Below, piece by piece: positions 13,382 to 26,702 of a stretch of 64,000 bases of DNA. Both the position numbers and the translations under genes were made by a program. Under the pieces are notes generated by a model. The model had not been told where the DNA came from. It made no database searches and saw nothing but the letters and a program-made list of their open reading frames with translations. How positions within the stretch are numbered: the first letter of the stretch is position 1; each line of letters starts with the position of its first letter. This stretch comes from Schmidtea polychroa (lineage: Eukaryota), in the NCBI GenBank assembly GCA_044892525.1, contig CM097888.1, forward strand, positions 89,714,001-89,778,000. Reading direction: 5' to 3'.

Positions 13382-16300
13382 GTATTAATATATACTCCTA
13401 GTCTATCCGACAAAATATTTTGTCCCCCTATGGGTAATGCTCACAAGGGTACTGATCACTAGGGTACTGCTCACACTCGACAAGTCACATGGGTATTATT
13501 CACAAAGTTACTTGTAAAAATATTCAAGACAACTTTAACATAAAAATTCTAAATATTATACTTTAAATATACACTAAAATTTATTACCACATTCACATTC
13601 ATCATCTCCACAGTTCATAACAATTTCAACAACATGATCTATACAATGTTTACTGATTGTTGATATATAGTTGTAGGTTGATAATGGATTTTAAAAGAAT
13701 TGATATATTAACGGGCTCAAGTGGGTGAAATTAAGGGATATAGCCGGTTGGATTTAGTGAGGATTTGGTTAAGATGGGAATATATGATTTTTAAGGAATA
13801 TATTCGGTTGGATGTTTAAAGGGGTAGAAATATTTGGTGAGGGATCGGTTAAGGTGGAAATGTTTTGAATATCTCTATTTAAATCGACAATTTTCTTATT
13901 GGTAAAATATCAATGTTTCAAGGGAAATAGTCAGTATTTAGCTATGAGTCAATAATAGTTCCTGTGAAATTATATCGTTTTAGGTTTATTAGGTTGTAAT
14001 GAATGTAATTGCTCAGTAATTTAGATTTATGTTTTACTTTAGAACCAGTTTTTATTAATTTTCTAATAATTATCCACGGTTTTATTAAGTCGTTTAGGGT
14101 TAATGATCAATTTACTTGGTTTTGACAATGAAATATTTGAAATCTTTAGAATTAATTGGGATTGATATCAAAGGCTATTGCTTTAAATTATTTTATTTAA
14201 GAATTTATTTTATTCATTGTGGGGATAACAGTGACAAAACTTGAGAAATATTGACTTAAAAGTTGGAAATCGACAACAGCTAAAGAAAATTGATCTTTAT
14301 TGAAGGAATTTTATGATTTTAATTAGATTTCTAGATTTTAAATCGGTTGAATATTAAGGGTAAAATCTATTGAAGGAATATTGTTATCGGATGGATAAAT
14401 CTTTCAATGATATTTTGCTAAATTACCTTTGCTAAATATTATTTTAAATGACTAAAAAAGAGAAAATTAAGCAATATTCATAAATTGATCGCACAAAATA
14501 TCCCTGTTTTGGTAAAAGGTTACTCAAAATCCCTATTTAAAAATGTTAACCATATATTTCTCACAAAGATATATTACACCCAATGATCATCTCATTAAAT
14601 TAGAAAAGAATTGTAACCCTATATTTCTAACTAATAAGCACCTTAATTGGTTAAATGATAACCAAATGATCATGTTTCCATTATAACTCCTTTTTGACTC
14701 GAACAAAGACAGAAATTTACTCCAAATGATAAAGACTTTCTACCAAAATTATCAATGAATATATGTTGTTATTAATGATTATGCATATCTCACTAAATTA
14801 TCTAAGAATTTTTAACTAATATACATATGCCTTAATTAATATACCCTTGCGACATGTTGAGTGCGACCAGTACCCTTGCGACTAATACCCATAGGGGGAC
14901 AGAATATTTTGTCGGATAAATTCAGACTATATATTTAAAAATTTACAATATGCTATGGTTTTTATTGATTAATTTGTTGTATATTGCATTGATACATCAA
15001 AATGTTAGATAATATTTATAAATTAACTAAAAAATACACAAAAATACACAAAATACTATATTACCTAAGAATTCTGTTATGTTTCTAGTTAAATAATTGA
15101 AATAATTGGTATCAATGTATCAACTATATCAAAATAATAACCAAGACCATTGTAACACATAATGTCAACTTTAAAATATTGGTTAGGGTTTCTTCTACTT
15201 TTCGATCATCTTCATGGTTCTTGCGAAGATATTTTTTTCCATTTTGATGAACTCATGGATATCCCTTCATCATATCATCACCATTTGGTAGTTGCGCCCA
15301 ATATATTTAATTACCAAGATTATTTCATATTATTCAATGTTTGAAAATTTTCTATATTATAGTACCGTCATTATGTATGGTAATAATTCATTTGACTTTG
15401 ATATTGTATTGATTTGTATTGAGAACTTACAGTATATAGTATGATATTCATTAATCAGTGTTGAATAGGCTTGACAATTGTGAACATTCTTCTTGTGACA
15501 CTTAGAACAAACGGTAAATACAAAACCGAAACTTGATTTTCTTTACAAATTGAACAAGTTAAATACCTTTTCTTAACATCGTTCAGTTTTTTTTCCGTTA
15601 GCTTATTTTCAATCAGTGTAAAATTTTTATGAAATAATTTTCCAAGTCAAAATTAAATACAAATTTATATTAAATTAATTTCAAAGACAGATTTCAATTA
15701 ACCACTACTAATAAAAATAATAGTAAATGAAAAGGGTAAATTTTAAAACTAACTAATAAATTTAGAAAGAGAATGAGAATTGATAGTAATAATTAAATTA
15801 AAGTAAATTATGGACATAAATTTTTAATTAAAGTAATAATTTTTAATCTATTATAAAAAAAAAAGTTTGAATGATAGTCAGGTTTTGAGAAATGAAAATT
15901 TTAATGAAATAATTTTTAAAGAAAATTTAGATGCAAATTTTACAAATAATAATAATGATAATAATGTTAATAAAATAATATTAATAAAAATAATAATAAT
16001 AATAATAATAATAAAAATAATACTTTATATTGCTAAGTATTAATAATGTAATTATATTTGAAAATTTTTTATTCATGTATAACAATTAATTAAAACAAAT
16101 ATAAATAATATTAATAGATTAAATTAATTAAAATGGAATTGAGAAATGATGCATTATATCAAATTATTGATCCAAGGGCTGTGGGAAAACATTATTTGTT
16201 TGTAAATTATTACAATCAAATATGTTTAAGTCAAAATTTAAAAGGTCAACCAGATACTTACAATCAAATATTTACAACATTGTATTTCTAACAAACAGCT

Positions 16301-17172
16301 AGATACCAAATACTTTCAACATGATACCACGTACTAACTAACTCTCAAACAACCAGATACTTACAACTAACTACTTACAATCAACTAAATATTCTTCATT
16401 GTATTTTATGAAATGCTTTTTAAATTAATTTTTTATCTGTCTTCAAAATATGTTTAATTACAATCAGTAGAAAAACATTTTCAAAATGTCTAAATTTAAC
16501 AAAAATGATGATTTTCATCAAAAAATGAATAATTGTCAACTCATCACTACGTGGGATTGATGATAATTTAAATTAAAATGAAAGACTATAGAATTCTAAT
16601 TTTCAAAACATTCTTCTTTTAATTGATTACTACTGACTTATTATTGCAATGTAAAAATCGCATTCAATAAATACTTATTGTTGATCAGTTTTATTATATA
16701 TACTCTGAGTTTATCCGACAGGATGTTTTGACCCTCTAAGGGTACTGGTCGTAAGGGTATTGCTAACACTCAAACCCCACCTACCCATTTACTAGATACT
16801 AGATACCAACAACCAGCTAACAACTAGATACTAAGTACTTACAACCGACAACAACCAGGTACTAAGCATTATCAACCTACAATTATATATCAACAATCAG
16901 TAAACATTGTATAGATCATGTTGTTGAAAATGTTATGAACTGTGGAGATGATGAATGTGAATGTGGTAATAAATTTTAGTGTATATTTAAAGTACAATAT
17001 TTGTCTTGAATATTTTTACAAGTAACTTTGTGAATAATACCCATGTGACTTGTCGAGTGTGAGCAGTACCCTAGTGATCAGTACCCTTGTGAGCATTACC
17101 CATAGGGGGACAAAATATTTTGTCGGATAGACTAGGAGTATATATTAATACTACTACTACTACTACTACTAC

Positions 17173-17237
<65 letters not shown>

Positions 17238-18805
17238 TTAGAAAATATGTGTTTTATTACATTGTTTAAAAAAAATCATTGTACCCTTGCGAGTTGTTGA
17301 GCGTGAGCAGTACCCTTGTGAGCAGTACCCATAGGGGGACAGAATATTTTGTCGGATAGACTNNNNNNNNNNNNNNNNNNNNNNNNNNNNNNNNNNNNNN
17401 NNNNNNNNNNNNNNNNNNNNNNNNNNNNNNNNNNNNNNNNNNNNNNNNNNNNNNNNNNNNNNNNNNNNNNNNNNNNNNNNNNNNNNNNNNNNNNNNNNNN
17501 ATATGGCTCATTCGAAAGGTCTTGGATTGGGCTTTAAAAGAGCTATCGATGAACAATTTTTGTTGGCGGGAACTCTGTAAATTTAAATTTTAAAATATGA
17601 CCTTGAAAAAATAAATGACCTTGAAAAAATAAATGACCTTGAAAAAATAAATGACCTCGAAAAAATAAATAACCTTGAAAAGATAAATGCCCTTGAAAAA
17701 ACAAATGACCTTGAAAATAATAATATTTTGAAAAATAATAATAGTCAAATGACCTTGAAAATGGTCTCGGGAAAACGTTAATAACTATGCCAATATTAAT
17801 GATGATGATACCTTCAATAGCTCATTCCAAAGGTCTTGCACTAAGCTTTAAATTAAGCCATCGATTAATAAATTCGGATAATGGGAACGATAACTTTTGG
17901 GCAAACGAAAACCATGAGCTCCCCGCGACACTTAATAATGTTTTTGAAAATATTAATTATATGACCTTGAAAATGATTTTTGGTAAAATGTTAATAACTT
18001 TGTCAATATTAATGATGATGATACCTTCTATAGCTCAATCGAAAGGTCTTGGATCGGGCCTTAAAATGAGCTATCGCTGAATAATTTTCGTTGGCGAAAC
18101 TCTGTAAATTTAAAATATGACCTTGAAAAAAAAATTTGACCTTGAAAAAATAAATGACCTTGACCTTTTATTAAAAAAAAATTTTCCCCTGGGGGGGAGG
18201 GGGTATATGTGTCGCGGGGAGCTCATGTTCTGGGGAGCTTACTACCATCTACTCACTGGGCTTGAGCAGACATTTATCTGGTTGCCTTCCCATCCGGCCG
18301 CAACAAGATTAATTAAATTTTTATTATTCTAGATAAATTTTAATATTTATTTATAACATTCTTTATATGAAGATTAAAATGATGTTTTGCATTAATTATA
18401 TTATTGTTGTTTGTTTGTTCGGTAAGTTGCGGCGGGATTTTGAAATGTTGATCAGCTGTGATCTAGAATTGGGAATAATTATGATTTTGATGTTATAATT
18501 TGATAATTATTGTTATTTATTGGCTTTTCATTGGATATTCATTTTGCATTTCAGGATTCTGGATTGGATGGTAAAGGTTGGACTTTATGATTTATTTTAT
18601 TTTTATAACTTTGTTTTAATTTTTATTTATATTTATTATTCTAACATGATAAAGAAAATAATAATAATTATAATAAATAGTCAATCAAATATTTGTTTTA
18701 TAATATATTTCCACAGTTTTCCTGTCATTATCAAGTAAGATAGAGAAATATATATATATATATATATCATCAATATTCCTTGATAAATCTTCCATAATAA
18801 TTAAG

Positions 18806-19316
18806 GACCTCCATATAATAGTTTCCAGCTTTGCTGGGTCCATCTGCATGCCATCTTTATTAATGATGTGTCCTAGAAATTTGACATCTTTCAGAATATG
18901 GCAGTTGAGGATTTATTCTAATATATGCCTTTCCAGTCCCTTCAAGATAATAAGACTTGGCTAAGTGACTTGGGAATTGAGCCCACAATGACTCATCGTT
19001 AAGGTAAACTTAAGACCATCGAAAATTTTGAGGGCAGTTTAAGATCAAATAAGACTTCATAGTGCTGATCAGTCATCTTTGTAAATACTAAAATATTGTC
19101 TAGTTATTCCGCTGCATCTCATATCCAATAATAATTCCTGGAATTTGCCTGGCTCCGCTGCTGTTCCAATTGACATTCTGTTAAAATATATTGGCCTGAC
19201 TTTGTTGAAATCGCCGTTTTAACGTATTCGTCTTTTAGTTCTTCCTGATAATATGCATTTCCAAGATCTAGTGAACTGAAATACTTTGCTCCACCTAATG
19301 GATCTAACATTAGCAA
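18806..19316 (-). mobile_element. Degenerate Ty3/Gypsy reverse transcriptase fragment
   Basis: GAKYFSSLDLGNAYYQ, TAISTKSGQY, LDNILVF and VKFLGHIINKDG motifs with stops and frameshifts. Confidence 0.8.
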
Positions 19317-20529
19317 TATTCAAAATTTATCAACACGTATTAGTTGTCCGTCACGCATTTGATCATAATACGGATCAACAAATAAACTCAATTGGGTTAT
19401 CACAGAAGAATTATGTTATCTGGAGGTCATTTGTTTTTGCTAAGCTCAGTGAGTAAAGGCATGTTGATGGCAATTTGATTATATTTGTTGAGGATATCTA
19501 AATAATAATTTATAAATAAATAAATAAAATTACCCGAGAGAAGATCGTCATGACAAACGGGATAATCTATGGGAACTCAGAAAAGAAAACGGAAGCAAAA
19601 AGAAATGAAAAATATGAAAGAGGAATGAAACAAAAGAAATCAAACTTAAAAACAAAAATAAAGGCCAGTACTAATTTATTAGAACAGAAAAAAAAGGAAT
19701 TTCGAAATTGGGAAAATAGGAAAAACAACAATATTCTTATCTCGACAGCTTGTCAGTGATAACGGAATTGCAGGGAGAAGGCGGCTGAACAAAAGAAAAG
19801 GAAAAAGGGAAAATATCTTGACAGCCGTCAAAGATAAAATTGGAACAGTCGGGAAAGGCTGGAGAAAGAAAGTGGAAAAACATTTGATTATCTTGAGTGA
19901 CACTCAATAAGCAAACTTTATAAAGAGAAACTGGTGGACATAAAATTGACACAAAACTGAGATAAAATTAGATACAAATTAAAACTAAAGCGAGACAAAG
20001 CGACGCGAAATTGAGATTAAAAGTGAAACAAAATAGATAGAAAACTTGGCAGTCGGACGAAACGATATGTGAAAATAATTGTAAAGAAAATAATTCTGAA
20101 GAATAATTATTGGAGAAGATTTGAAGAAAAGAATCAGTTGACAAATTAAAAGAAAAGAAGTTAATTGAGTATTTGAATAAAGTTGTGAAGAAGGTCAAAT
20201 AAAACAACCAGCTCAAAGTACCAGTTGATAAACCAATCAGTAGTTAGTGATTTTTCAATCCGGTGTTATCCACAAGTGCTATTCCTCACTGAGAGTTGTT
20301 ATAAGCATTGTATAGTCACCAAGCAGTTTTGAAAATATTGTCAGTGTAAAGTGAAAGTTATCTCTGATTATCAATAAAGATTTCTGTTGTCAAGTGTTAT
20401 TTTAGGGTCAATCAAAGACACGGTCGGAGTCAGAGTAAGAACTTTAAATTTATCACCAACCCAATAATCCAACATATTGATTATAATTATGGATTGAAAA
20501 TTCAATAATTGATCAATCAATAATTCTAG

Positions 20530-20707
20530 CCAATGACAACGCAATCTGTCAGCGGCATTTTATTATTTGCTTTGATCTCATTTCTTTCATTTCAGGAGTC
20601 GCCATTGGAATTTTATCTTTTCTTTTGGTGATATTCATTATTTCTACTGTTTATTTTGCTTTGAAATCCAATACGAAACGTGTGAAGCGGACGGAAAGAC
20701 AGAATCA
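20530..20707 (+). CDS. 25-nt micro-exon (20530-20554) plus transmembrane exon (20596-20707 or stop at 20711) of a single-pass membrane protein
   Basis: PMTTQSVS-GVAIGILSFLLVIFIISTVYFALKSNTKRVKR: hydrophobic helix followed by basic residues. The 41-nt GC-AG intron aligns with the 43-nt GT-AG intron of the paralog at 55466-55508. A gtaagg donor at 20708 and a 38-nt intron to 20745 could extend the frame. Confidence 0.6.
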
Positions 20708-22491
20708 GTAAGGATTTATTTATTAATAAAAGTGCTGATTTCAAGAATTGAATTGCTTTGTGATCCCCTTGCTAAAATAGAGAAATATAACGATAATAAA
20801 AATAAGTGGAAACGGCCAATATATTGTATAATATATAATACGCAATCAAATATAATTTGTGTAAAATTATTTATTTATTGGAGTTTCGGATTATTTCTGG
20901 TTTCGAGTTGTCTGATTGGTTGGAAATTATTTCTAATAAATATGAAATTGCTATGAAATCGCTTATTTAAATATTATTAATATTATTAACTGAATTTATA
21001 TTTAATATAATTAATTGTTTTTATTTGTTTTAATGGGTGATTTTGAATGATTCGGATAATTCATTATTGATGCGATTGACAATAAATATGAAGGAATTTT
21101 ATTGTTTGTTTAATTGGTGGTGAAAGCTGATAAAGTATTTGAAGAGTTCATTGCTAATAACCAGATATGAATGCATGGGGGTCACCTGGGCTGTCTGGGC
21201 TGGCTGACTGAGCTTTCATTGGATGCATTTCACAGCTGGTTTCATTGCTGGATTTGATTGGTTGATTGAGGGATTATAGAGACGAATCAGATATTTTGAT
21301 ACAAGATAAATCCCTCCGAAAATTAATTAGAGAAATAATTCGAAAATCCCATTGTAACAGAAATACTCCATACATCATTCTATTATCCTAATTCTAGTAA
21401 CCATACCTGACAATTTTACGAAGTATTAATTTTTTTTGCGTATTCATACATACAAGCACCTCGGCAATCCCGAAACATTTTATTGGAGACTCTGTCGGAC
21501 TCTATAAACTCTCCTCATATTATTGATATACCAACCAGTAACTCTTTTAACAGACAACATTTAAAATCCCACAATACACATCATAAATTATATTTTATAA
21601 CATAAGTATAATATTTTCACTAATAATTTAAATATAATATTTAGATAAAGTTTTGTAATACATTTTGTTTTAATATTATTCTTTTTAGATTGATTTACTG
21701 CATTATTAATGCTTAAAAGTCTCAGCCATCTCAATCTATAAAATAATTAAATTAATAAATATGACCAATATGGGATATTATACCACTTATTCTATGATTA
21801 TCTCCTCAACCCAAGGCGCGTCAGAAGCCAGAAGTCTTAGAAATGAGGCTCAAATAATTTTCTGACGGTCACCTACGAATTACACAGGACCAACTCCATA
21901 AGAATTAAGAATAAATTATCAGCTTGTGTGACAAGGAAACATGCGTTGATATTAGATAAGTTTGCCCTAATATTAGAAAAACAATTTGAATAGAATTCAT
22001 TAACCTGACAAATACAATTTAATATTTTCTCCTATTTAAATAGTTTATTACTGGATTAAATAATTTTGTATTTTGAGAGAATTTTGCATGATAAAATTAT
22101 TATAATAATTATTGGTCAATGCTGATGTTAATTATCACATCTGTGTGAGCGTTGTTTTTGGAATTGTACTTACATTTATATTGTACTTACTTGTATGTGT
22201 GCGCACACAGACGCGGACAATGTTTCTTGATTTTGCTATTGTGCAATTTTAATTTTGAATTGAATTGTTTATAAACCACAAATAGATTAAGATATCTAAA
22301 ATAAAATGCTTCATGGTAGGATGCCATTCTATCAAATCTCTAGTAGTCCACCATATTTAGAACATTTTCATATATATTCATAATGAATAGTAAAAATCAA
22401 CTATAAATTCTTAAATATTTTCTAAACTAGAAAATATTCGTAGAAATTACTAAATAAATGTTGAAATTCATTTATATTTATAAATTTATAA

Positions 22492-25400
22492 AGTTATGGA
22501 AAGTTGTTTGTTTTAATAATATTGTTTTTAGTGTTTTTTGGAAAATATATTTTAACTGTATTTATTATTGATCTTATGAATTTAGAAGTTGAAGACATCA
22601 TAACTGGCGACCACGCCAAGGAAATCAATGCGATAGGAAAAAAGAAAGGAACTAAGAATATGTTAGATTCCTTGTCAAAACAAGCACGTGAGATGCTAAA
22701 TTTTAATGTCAGAAAGTTTGACGGAAAAGTTGGATCTGAAGCCGAACTTTGGCTAAAGGATATTATGGAATGGCTGAGAATAGAAGATCAAAGTCTAGTA
22801 GACGCATTGGATCTTTTGTTGACAGATGCGGCATCGATGTTATGGGAAGCGGCGAAAATAGCGAAGATGACCGATGAAATGGCAAAAGAGTGGTTTATAG
22901 AAACTTTTACATTAAGGAAAACCATTACTAACAAGATTGTGGAACTAGCTCAAATTCAGCAAGAAAGAGATGAAAGATTCCAAGTCTTCGAAATACGAGG
23001 GATTGAAAGTGTATTTAGCTCTGGAATGTCTGATGAACAGATTGTTCGAGACATTATTTCAAACAGAGCGAAAGACAATAGAGTAAAAGAAATATTCTTA
23101 TCAGGGAAAGTGACAAGTTTTGAAGATGTCAGGGATATGGCAAAAATTCAGGAGAAGATTGAGATGACGAATGACAATAAATTCAATATTGATGCCATAA
23201 GAAGAGACTCTTACGCATCAGTAATGAAAAATGGTAAATTCGAGGGTAGCCGAGACCAAAGAACAATTGTGTAGACAACTGCACATCAACGCGACGAACA
23301 CCGAGAGATTAATCATGAGAGAATAGACCTTGGAGACAGGAAAAATGAACAGTTAGACATATTGCTACGAAAGTTCAAAGGTATTTTTATGGCTTCAACG
23401 TTTGATCTCGGATTTACGAAAGTTGTTCAACATGAAATGAATATAGTAGGTGGGCCTGTAATGTTACAGCCAAGAAGACAACCAATGCATTTAGAACAAA
23501 AGCTTGACGAACTTGTCACAAACTTATTAGAAGCAAGAGTTATTAGAAAATGCAAAAGTGCATGGAACGCGCCACTAGTGATTGTGGCTAAGAAAGATGG
23601 ATCAATAAGGATGTGTGTCGACTATAGAGGATTGAATGCGATCACTGAAAAGATATCTTTTCCAATGCCAGATACACGATTTCTACTGGATTGTCTGGCA
23701 GATTCAAAATATTTCACATCCATCGATCTAGGTCAAGCATATTATCAAGTTGGAAAGGCGAAGGAAATTCAAGAGTTCACGGCTTTCAGTACAAGGCAAG
23801 GACAGTTTTGTTTTAACCGACTTCCTTTTGGACTAGCAACCGCCCCTGCGACGTTTCAAAGAATGATGCACTCAATGTTGGATGGAATATTATTTAGGGG
23901 TGTTGTTGTCTACCTCGACGACATTCTTGTCTATGGAAAAGACAAAGAGGAACACAATAACCGATTAGAGGAAGTATTCAGAAGAATTCAACTAACGGGG
24001 TTGAGAATTAACTCAGAAAAATGTAATCTGTATAAAGAAGAATTGACATTCCTAGGGCACACTGTAAGTGCAAGTGGGATAAAAACGAACGACAAGAAGA
24101 TTAAAGAGATTCAAAATGCAGAAATACCAGTATGCGCCAAACAATTAAGATCCTTTTTAGGTATGACCAATTACTATAGGAAGTTTATAAAAGACTATGC
24201 GAAAATTGCGGCTGTGAGAAAAAGATTAATTGGTCAGAAGATTGCAACAATAGTTTTGAATTACTTAAAACAAAGTTGTGTGAAGCTCCAATTCTAGATT
24301 ACCCAAGAATGGATAGAAACTTTATTCTGGATACAAACGCTAGTTTTGGGGCCATCGGAGCAGTTTTATGTCAAGCTAAAGAAGATGGTACTGAAGTGGT
24401 AATTCCATATGGGTCGAGACACTTGACCGCGCATGAAAAAGGTTATTGTGTGACTAGGAAGGAGTTACTGGCTATACACGAATATGTAATGTATTTTAAA
24501 CAATATCTATACGGAAAGTCATTTGTAGTACGAACGGATCACAAGGCGTTGGTTTTCATGAGACACACAAAAAAACCGATAAGCCCGCAATTTCAAACCT
24601 GGCTAGCCAACCTTTCCGGATATGATTTCGATCTTCAATATAGGAAAGGAGAGGAACATGGAAATGCGGACGGAATATCAAGGATTAAAGGGATGTTAAT
24701 TGCACAATGCCAGACTAGACATGAAGACGCAAAAGAAGAAAAAGCCAGAGTAAGACATATCAGCTCATTACAGAAGACTGAGTCGATGACAAAACTCTTA
24801 GAAAAGCAACAAGATGATGTAGATTTCATTCACATGACAAGAGTGTTACAGGAGAAGAGGAAAAAAATGACTTGAATAAAAAGAAATTTCCTTTCAATTT
24901 GCATAACAACATAAAATTAGAAGATGGGTTTTTATTATTAGAGAAGAATGGTAAAGATGTCATCCTGGTGCCGATAGACTACTCAAATACGTTAGTTAAA
25001 GGAATACATACTGAAATGTGTCACATTGGAGTAAAGAAATTAAGTAGCTATATGAGCAACATATTTTTTTGGCCAAACATGCAAGAAACTATACAAAACT
25101 GTTTGAGAGTATGTGAGATATGCTGCAGAAGGAAAATAGTGCAGGAGAAGACAAAGGAACAATTGTTGCCGATAATAAGTTCAGAATTTTTAGAGCAGTT
25201 GGTCATTGATATAGCACACATGTAGAATGGTGGAGTGTACAAGTATATGCTAGTTATCATTGATCGCTTTAGCAAAATGGTCAGTCTGACCGCACTGGAG
25301 AGACAAGACGAGAGATCGATTTTCAAAGCCATATTGGAGAAGTGGATATACCGTTTCGGAAAACCGCGAAATTGTCTGTCAGACAGAGGGAAGAACTTCG

Positions 25401-26095
25401 ATAGTGGTTTTATGAAAACAAATCTAGGAAGACTGGGTATTATGCAACAGTTCAGTTCACCATATCAGCATCAATCTAACGGTTTAGTTGAGAGAACAAT
25501 ACGGACAGTCAGAGATTTGCTGGCAACATCATTAGCAGGTGGACTAGGAGAGCGAAATTGGGCGGAGTTACTTCCTCGAGTAGAATTTTGTATCAACGTG
25601 ACACAACAGAGCGCGACGGGATTTTCTCCATTTGAAATTGTTTTTGGGAGGAAGATTAACCTTCATTCAACATTGCCTCATACGACATTGGATACAGTTG
25701 AGATACATAGATTGGTAAGAGAGAACAGTGAGAAAGCAGCTAAACGAATGAAAGAGATGGAAACAGAGAAGAGAACGAATCGATGTTTCACGTTGGAGGA
25801 GAAAGTATTAGTTCATAAAGAACCACAAAATCGCGACAAAGATGGACTACAGTATGAAGGTCCGTTTGTCATATCAAAGTTTTTGTCAGAGCACCAGGTA
25901 GAAATTGAGTGACGGGACGACAAAGAAACTCAGACGAATTGAATGGCTTAAGAGATGGGCAGTTCCTTAAAGAAGGGGAGAGTTATGGAAAGTTGTTTGT
26001 TTAAATAATATTGGATTTAGCGTGTTTTTGGAAAATATATTTTAACTGCATTTATTATTGATCTTATGAATTTAGAAGTTGAAGACATCATAACT
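22492..26095 (+). mobile_element. Ty3/Gypsy LTR retrotransposon, both LTRs present, internally deleted (no zinc knuckle or protease), frameshifted pol
   Basis: LTRs 22492-22605 and 25981-26095 (AGTTA..TAACT); 5-bp TSD TATAA (22487-22491, 26096-26100); PBS TGGCGACCACGCC; PPT aaagaaggggag; gag, RT (YLDD), RNase H (TDHKAL), integrase (H2C2, SDRGKNF, NGLVER) and GPF motif. Confidence 0.95.
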
Positions 26096-26550
26096 TATAA
26101 TGCTTTAACTGATTAAGATAAATTATTTATTGTTTGAATGCATCAGTTAAATTTATTATTTAGTAAACAAAATTAAATTTAAATAAGATAATAAACTTNN
26201 NNNNNNNNNNNNNNNNNNNNNNNNNNNNNNNNNNNNNNNNNNNNNNNNNNNNNNNNNNNNNNNNNNNNNNNNNNNNNNNNNNNNNNNNNNNNNNNNNNNN
26301 NNNNNNNNNNNNNNNNNNNNNNNNNNTCTCGCTCGTGGCGCACTTGCCCATAAATCAAATTTTTTCACAAAATTTTTGACTTTCCAATGATATATAAGAA
26401 AACTGCTTTTTAGTCTGTACTTATAAAATATGATGACGAGAGAATTTTATAAGGTAATAAAGACAAAAGAAGCGACTTTTTCATAGTAAAAAGCTTGATA
26501 TAGTTTTTGTAAATTCTTTTTATTACCAACTTTTTTGGGAAGAAAAGTCT

Positions 26551-26598
26551 CGCGGCACACCTGGGTCAACCTCACGGCACACAGTTTGAGAGACACTG
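26551..26598. mobile_element. Terminal fragment of a Charlie/Buster-like hAT MITE
   Basis: gcggcacac..cggcacacagtttgagagacactg; the reverse complement CAGTGTCTCTCAAACTGTGTGCCG resembles hAT/Buster ends. Partner end not found (adjacent N-gap). Confidence 0.45.
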
Positions 26599-26702
26599 AT
26601 ATATATAACATTTTTATATAATTCTCATTGGACAAATATTTGCATAATTAATAAAGTAAATTATTATTATTTATTTTATTATTTTATTTGATACAAATCA
26701 GC

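Larger units (their letters stand above)
12087..18253. mobile_element. Non-autonomous Polinton/Maverick-like element, 6167 bp, very long TIRs
   Basis: Termini AGTAGATGGTAGT...ACTACCATCTACT; exact 6-bp TSD CACTGG (12081-12086, 18254-18259); arms 12087-~13685 and ~16866-18253 are reverse complements apart from indels; ~3.2-kb AT-rich core without pPolB, integrase or capsid ORFs. Confidence 0.75.

Noticed and set aside
13185-17362. ~36-bp motif tatccgacaaaatatt.tgtccccctatggg repeated about six times, superficially CRISPR-like
   Set aside because: Both orientations, irregular spacing, no unique spacers or cas genes, eukaryotic context; part of the element's repeat structure.
19500-20220. Purine-rich, Lys-rich short ORFs
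   Set aside because: Compositional bias only; no domain recognised.
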